This document shows, one piece after another, positions 50,897 through 64,000 of a DNA stretch of 64,000 nt (position 1 is the stretch's first letter; every line of letters begins with the position of its first letter). The notes below the pieces were generated by a model. The model was not told the DNA's origin and did not search any database. It saw only the letters and a list, made by a program, of their open reading frames with translations. A program made the position numbers and the translations under genes. The stretch lies in assembly GCF_009914755.1 (NCBI RefSeq), contig NC_060925.1; one strand, given 5' to 3'. This DNA comes from the human T2T-CHM13v2.0 reference genome, Homo sapiens.

Positions 50897-53201
50897 TGTA
50901 TTAGTCCATCTTCATCCTGCTGATAAAGGCATACCTGAGACTGGGCCTTTTACCAAAAACAAGAAGTTTATTGGACTTACAATTCCACATGGCTGGGGTG
51001 GCCTCACAATCACAGCAGAAGGTAAGGAAGCGCAAGTCACATCTTACATGGATGGCAGCAGGCAAAGAGAGAGCTTATGCAGGGCAACTCCCATTTTTTA
51101 AAAACCGTCAGATCTTGTGAGATCTATTTACTATTATGAGAACAGCATGGGAAAGACCTACCCCTATAATTCATTCTTCTCCCACTGGGTCCCTCCCTCA
51201 ACATGTGGGAATTGTGGGAGCTACAAGATGAGATTTGGGTGGGGACACAGAGCCAAACCATATCATTCTACCCCTGGCCCCTCCCAAATCTCATATCTTC
51301 ACATTTCAAAACCCATCATGCCTTCCCAACAGTCCCCCAAAGTCATTAACTCAAAAGTCCATAGTGCAAAGTCTCATCCAAGACAAGGCAAGTCCCTTCC
51401 ACCTATGAGCCTGTAAAATCAAAAGCAAGTTAGTTACTTCCTATATACAATGGGGATACAGGCACTGGGAAAATACAGCCATCTCAAGTGGGAGAAATTG
51501 GCCAAAACAAAGGAGCTACAGGCCCCATGCAAGTCCAAAATCCAGTGGGGCAGTCAAATCTTAAAGCTTCAAAATGATCTCCTTTGACTCTCTCTCACAT
51601 CCAGGTCATATTGATGCAAGAGGTAGGTTCCCATAGTCTTGGGCAGCTCCACCCCTGTGGTTTTGCAGGGAACAGCCTCCCTCCTGACTGCCTTCACAGG
51701 CTGGCATTGAGTGTCTGTGGCTTTTCCAGTTGCATGGTGCAAGCTATCAGTGTATGTACCATTGTGGGGTCTGGAGGATGATGGCCCTCTTCTCATAACT
51801 CCATTATGTGGTGCCCTGGCAGGGACTCTGTGTAGGGTCTCCAGCCCCACGTTTCCCTTCTGCACTGCCCTAGCAGAGGTTCTCCATTAGGACTCCGCCT
51901 CTACAGCAAACTTCTGCCTGGGCATCCAGTAGTTTCCATACATCTTCTGAAATCTAGGCAGAGGTTCCCAAACCTCAATTCTTGACTTCTCTGCACTCTC
52001 AGGCTCAACAGCATGTGGAAGCTGCCAAGGCTTGAGGTTTGCACTCTCTGAAGCCATGGTGCAAGCTCTACAGTAGCCCCCTTCAGCCACTGCTGAAGTG
52101 GCTGGGATGTAGGGCACTAAGTCACTAGGCTGCACACAGCACAGGGACCCTGGGCCTGGCCCGTGAAACCACTTTTTCCTCTTACACCTCCAGGCCTGTG
52201 ATGGGACTGGCTGCTATACACGTCCCTGACACGCCCTGGAGATATTTTCCCCATTGTCTTCATGATTAACATTTAGCTCCTCCTTACTTATGCAAATTTC
52301 TGCAGCTGGCATGAATTTCTCCTCAGAAAATGGGATTTTCTTTTCTATTGCATTATTAGGCTGCAAATTTTCCAAATTTTTATGCTCTGTTTCCCTTTTA
52401 AAACTGAATGCCTTTAACAGCACTCAAGTCACATCTTGAATGCTTTCCTGCTTAGAAATTTCTTCCATCAGATACCCTAAATCATCTCTCTCAAACTCTA
52501 AGACACACATCTCTAGGTCAGGGGCAAAATGCTGCCAGTCTCCTTGCCAAAACATAACAAGAGTCACCTTTGCTCCAGTTCCCAACAAGTCCCTCATCTC
52601 CATCTGAGACCACCACAGCCTGGATCTTATTGTTTCTGTCACTATCAGCATTTTTGTCAAAGCCATTCAACAAGTCTCTAGGAAGTTCCAAACATTCCCA
52701 CATTTTCTTGTCTTCTTCTGAGCCTTCCAAACTGTTACCTGCTACCTGTTACCCAGTTTTAAAGTTGCTTCCACATTTTCTGGTATCTTTTCAGCAATGC
52801 CCTACTCCTGGTACCAATTTACTTTATTAGTCTGTTTTCATGCTGTTGATAAAGACATACCCAAGACTGGGCATTTTACAAAAGAAAGAATCTTATTGGA
52901 CTTAATGTTCCACATGGCTGGGGAAGCCTCACAATCATGGTGGAAGGCAAGGAGGAGCAAGTCACATCTTACGTAGATGGCAGCAGGCAAAGAGAGAGCT
53001 TGCTCAGGGCAACTCCCATTTTTTAAAAACTATTTTAAAACGATCAGATCTCATGAGACCCATTTACTATCATGAGAACAGCATGGGAAAGATCTGCCCC
53101 CATAATTCATTCATCTTCCACCAGGTCCCTTCCACAACACGTGGGAATTATGGGAGCTACAAGATGGGATTTGGGTGGGAACACAGAGCCAAACCATATC
53201 A
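50897..53201 (-). mobile_element. Full-length THE1A (MaLR) element: 3'LTR 50897-51265, internal 51266-52822, 5'LTR 52823-53201
   Basis: Two direct LTRs around about 1.56 kb of THE1-int; perfect 5-bp TSD gggca at 50892-50896 and 53202-53206; decayed internal ORF pieces (ELPRDLLNGFDKNADSD...VVSDGDEGLVGNWSKGDSCY). Confidence 0.95.
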
Positions 53202-54319
53202 GGGCAGAAAGCTGTCCTGAAACATGGTAACTCCTGTCGTGAGCTCTTTTGGTTCCCAAACACTGAAGTGGGGCACCTGATAAGGTTTCCTTGTGTTCCT
53301 CTTTACCCTTTACCTTAAGACCTGCTCGAAGCATCAGCATAAGAGAGAAACTGAAACAATGAACACCCACATGTGTTAGTGGCTGTCATTCTAGATCCTC
53401 TTGGTTTTTTCTGATTTACCCTGCTTTAGTGGGGTTTAGACAGTTTCCAAATCCAAACTTTAACTCTCTCTATGCTGCTGGTTTGGATTAAGACAATCAG
53501 CTTTATTCTTCTCTGTAGATGGCCTTGGATCATTTTCCCCTATTAGCTGTTTTGGGATCCTTTTCCAGTCATGACCACATTTTGCTTACAGATCAGCTAG
53601 TTGGTAACCACAGCACTGTCTGCTAACTGATACCATTCATTTGACAATTCAGAGTTATGATACTTTGTAGTGCACCCACTGTTCTTCACAGGAAAAAAAA
53701 ATTGCAGTACAAAGGGTTTATCAGGCCCCCTATCATTCCAGAGTTTCAGTGCTGTTCCAGAATGTTCAAGGTTTCAGTCATGATATGAACCAACTATCCA
53801 TAAATAATGCAAAAAGCATGAGTAATCATGAATTTAATAATCAAGGTAAGGCAGCTCAGTTATTATACTCAAGAGAGCAACTAGTATGAAACTCTTTCAA
53901 ATTATTTGAATAAGGATTTACATATTCATAATGACTTTCTGCCTCTGTCAAGCTCCAGGTGTATCAGTTATTAATAACTGGGTGAATATGTAGGTACTAT
54001 TTAAACAAAAACAATTTCACAGTAGACCCACCCCTATCCAAGAGATGAAGTCAAGTTCTGGTAGCAATAGACATCTCTACCAAGATCTCCTGCTCCTGCC
54101 ACTCTGTGAACAGGAAAGGAGGGAGAAACTTTGGTGTTTTGCCTTTCCCAATTTATATTAAGATCCTTATTCAAGCGGCTACCGGTTTCTAATGACCTAT
54201 ATGTAAGTTAGCTTTATAAGAAAGTTCTGAGTTTGAAACTCCTTTCAGCAAGTATTTGTAAGTCAAAAAAGCGAAGAAGAGGCACCATTTACTGTCATTT
54301 CTCCTTGTGACTGAGATTA

Positions 54320-54470
54320 CTTACTACAAAGAGGAACTGACCACTTTCTCTGACATCTGAAATAGAAAGCTACAAAGGCTGATAGGCGTGGCTTCAAAAT
54401 TGTTTCATGATTACATAACTTCTTTCTAGTTAGGAATTAGGACAGTGTAAGAAGGCCATCTACAATCAAG
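54320..54470 (+). promoter_or_regulatory. MNDA: MNDA proximal promoter (TATA-less, myeloid, interferon-responsive motifs)
   Basis: PU.1 site AAAGAGGAACTG at 54328-54339; ISRE-type GAAATAGAAAGC at 54359-54370; Sp1/KLF-like AGGCGTGGCT at 54384-54393; bZIP site ATTACATAAC at 54410-54419; directly upstream of exon 1. Confidence 0.8.
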
Positions 54471-54650
54471 ATTGAGAGTGGCTCTAACAAGTGCCATTTT
54501 TCCTTGTTAGCTTTCATTTCTCAGCCCTTTACAAGATTAAAATAGTCTGCAGTTTAATCTCTCCAAAGCTTTACGGACAGTGATTCTGTCCTAAACAAGA
54601 CAGTGACTCCAGGATTTCTGAAGACTATTGTGGAAGAAGCATCCATTAAG
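54471..54650 (+). other. MNDA: MNDA exon 1 (non-coding 5'UTR; the TSS may lie a few tens of nt further upstream)
   Basis: attgagagtggctctaacaagtgcc...gaagaagcatccattaag matches my recollection of the MNDA mRNA 5'UTR and is followed by donor AAG|GTGAGA at 54651. The coding exon 2 is not seen in the window. Confidence 0.9.
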
Positions 54651-55199
54651 GTGAGATTTCTGGGAAGTTCTTTAGAGAAAGATCTAGGTATCTAGTTGGT
54701 AACCACACCATCTCAGTAGAGAATAATTGCCTGAGACCAGAAGTGTTGTTATCAATCATATTCAGAAAACTGAGAACTGAATGCTTTAACTGTCTAGGTA
54801 GCAAATGGATATCTTTTATTCTACCACAATTGGGGTATGAACCAAAAAAATGTATTTTGTCTACAGCAAGTTTTAAAAATTAATTCTTGGGTGTCTTTTG
54901 GCATAAATTGATATTTAGAGGAGATACTTGGTTTTCTTGGCTGGAGGATGACTTGGTGACTGGGTTTGGGCCTAAGTTAAAAGACAAGACAGTCAGATAA
55001 GAAAATTATTATGAAGTAATATTTAGTAAAAAATAAACCAGGATATAAATCTCTATTATATGATTTTATCTCTATTTTAAAAAGCATAGACATGTGCACA
55101 CATTAATTTCTCAATTTTACAAGCATTTACTCAAAAATAATCTTTACATTTTCATGAATCAGTTTCATTTTATGCTTCATTTTACAACAAGTGTAAGAA

Positions 55200-56400
55200 G
55201 AAATAATTCTCTTTTTCAAATGGTCTATGCTTTACTCAGTCATAGATAACATTTTTTGTGGCAAGGTATAATGAAAAGACAGGGAGAATCAATTATATAT
55301 TTCCTACTTTGGGATACATTTTGACTTTTTTATGGCTTTGTACATATGAATGTTTTCTAATTACTCCATGAGTACTTGAGAAGAGTTTATAAACGTTGGA
55401 TTCCAAATTCTATTTAAGTAAGATAAAGTTTCTTAAGTAAGCTTGTTAATTATGTTTGAAAAATCTAAATCTAAATCTAAGCTATTTTTTACCTTGTTCT
55501 TTCAGTAACTGAGAGATGTGGTGAAATCTCCAACTCTAATAGTGATTTTGTTAATTTCTCATTGTAGTTCTTTTGATTTCTACCATATATTTTTACATAG
55601 AATATGTATATCTAAGTATATATGTTATGTGTGTGTTTAGAGAGAAGAAAAAACTTCTATATGCTACTTTATAAAGTAATAACAGATTATATTTATAATA
55701 TAATTTAAATTATTATATCTTTTTCCAAGTTGCATACTTTACCATTATGTAGTGAAACTATGTACTGATACTTATTGACTTAAGCCTATTTTAAGCTACA
55801 CTATTTTTCCTAAAAAGTCTTTCTTTAAGTTAGAGTTTGAAGAATATAACTTTTCCAGCTCTTTCTCAAACTTAAGTGAACTTATGCTTTATTTGTACTT
55901 TGTCAACAACATATGACTGGATTTATTTTTAATCCAAATTGAAAATTTTTCCTCCTAGTTGATGAGTTTAGTCCAGATATGCAAATTCTATAAAGGTATA
56001 TATTTTAACTTGGTTTTGCCATCTTACTTTGTTTCAATTTATAGCACTTATTCTGTGCTTTCTTCTTCTCCTTTCTTGTCAAGTTTCTTATTTTTAAAAA
56101 ATCTATATTCTCCTTAAAGACAAGCCCCTTAGCAAACTCTCACATCTTCTGGTCCCCCAAACATACAACTTCACCTGTTAAGAGTATGTTCATATAGTTC
56201 CTGTTTTCTTTTATTTGACTCTGGCTTTACTTATTTTTAAGATAGTAAAAACACTAATTAAAGTATTTGCTTGATCTTTCTTCCCTTTTGGCCTCCAACA
56301 TTTCTTAGATTTATTTCTTTTCATAATGAGTAGTTCTTCACAAAGAGCTGTGGGTATGGATATTTTCACTGCCAAGCTTCTGAAAGCTTTGAATATAATA
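55200..56400 (-). mobile_element. Decayed L1ME-like fragment in MNDA intron 1
   Basis: cagtaactgagagatgtggtgaaatctccaact...ttttaatccaaattgaaaa; boundaries approximate. Confidence 0.55.
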
Positions 56401-56409
56401 ATTGTTTTC

Positions 56410-62995
<6,586 letters not shown>

Positions 62996-63325
62996 TCTCA
63001 GTGAGAAGAGAACAATTTTTTAAACCATAACATTCAAATAACATTTTGACCAGATACAAAATTTTAGTTTGAAAAATATTTTTGCTTGAAAACTGATTCA
63101 CAGCACTTCACCTGAAACCCCTGGGACAACTCTGATTTTTAATTCATTTTTTTAGGGGGGGATTTTAGAAAGACTACTTAATGCATACATTGTATGTAGG
63201 CACTGCAAGTGTCCCAGTAGAGGTAATATCAACATCCTAATATCAAATGCATTAAGAGTTCTTCAACAAATCATGCCACTATTCACATTAAAGTGAGATG
63301 AATAAGGAAGATTAAAAATAGCCAC

Positions 63326-63610
63326 TGTATTAGTTCCTTCTCACGCTGCTATGAAGAAATACCTGAGACTGGGTAATTTATAAAGAAAAGAGATTTGATT
63401 TACTCACAGTTCCGCACGGCTGGGGAGTCCTAAGGAAACTTACAATCATGATGGAAGGCACCTCTTCACAGGGTGGCAGGAGAGAGAATGAGTGCTAGCA
63501 GGGGAAATGCCTGATGTTTATAAAACCATAGATCTCATGAGAACTTGCTCACTATCACAAGATGATATTTCAAGATGAGATTTGGGTTGGGACATAGCCA
63601 AACCATATCA
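63326..63610 (-). mobile_element. THE1 (C/D-like) solo LTR with an internal deletion
   Basis: tgtattagt...aaccatatca; 5-bp TSD gccac at 63321-63325 and 63611-63615; 285 bp, shorter than consensus. Confidence 0.92.
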
Positions 63611-64000
63611 GCCACGTATTACTTCACATTATATCTCTAATTTGCAAGATGATTTTGCTACCACACTTCCCTGCTAACTCTCATCCCTTCCCAAGCCCCC
63701 AAACCGCACAAATCTTTTCATCCTTCAGTATCTTCTTAGGTTTTAAAATTGCAGACATATAATTATGGATCAGTACTATGTAAAAATTACTTTCTTAACC
63801 TGCTGCAGACTGTTCAATCAGATTATTTAATCTTTGTAGGTGTTCTACTCAGTATTTCTGGAAGATTTTATCATTTTGCTTTTAATATTCTTTGGCTTTA
63901 CTATATGTGCCCATGTGTGAAATTTCTCTTTATCTGATAGGTTTAAACACAGGAACACTCATGTTCTCCCAAAAGAGAACAATTTACAGCCCTAAGAATT

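Noticed and set aside
50817-52830. Cluster of 65-100 aa ORFs
   Set aside because: THE1A LTR and internal sequence; the ancestral MaLR ORF is fragmented.

Overview
This is human-type primate genomic DNA from the chr1q23 boundary between an olfactory-receptor (OR) cluster and the PYHIN/IFI200 cluster; gene names come from my recognition of the sequences, not a database search. It contains the 5' 239 codons of OR6N2 (minus strand, running off the left edge), a TM6-TM7 OR pseudogene remnant (probably OR2AQ1P, plus), the frameshifted and Alu-interrupted pseudogene OR10AA1P (minus), and the promoter, non-coding exon 1 and part of intron 1 of MNDA (plus). Much of the rest is transposable elements: Alu, L1, THE1/MST/MLT, MER9, MER90, MER101 and DNA transposons. 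I found no new protein-coding system; the other ORFs in the track look like repeat-derived or antisense noise. The best leads are non-coding. (1) An ancient tandem duplication (24.8-30.4 kb vs 33.2-40.3 kb) left an orphan OR promoter/first exon whose 165-bp core is 93% identical to the OR10AA1P promoter while the flanks are far more diverged. (2) A dense Lhx2/EBF motif cluster at about 42.0-42.4 kb resembles an OR 'Greek island' enhancer. (3) Two THE1 LTRs keep a TATA box and splice donor: one is sense to MNDA with a DUX4 motif, the other is antisense inside MNDA intron 1 and points into the OR cluster. (4) Several templated insertions and twin-priming L1 structures are visible.
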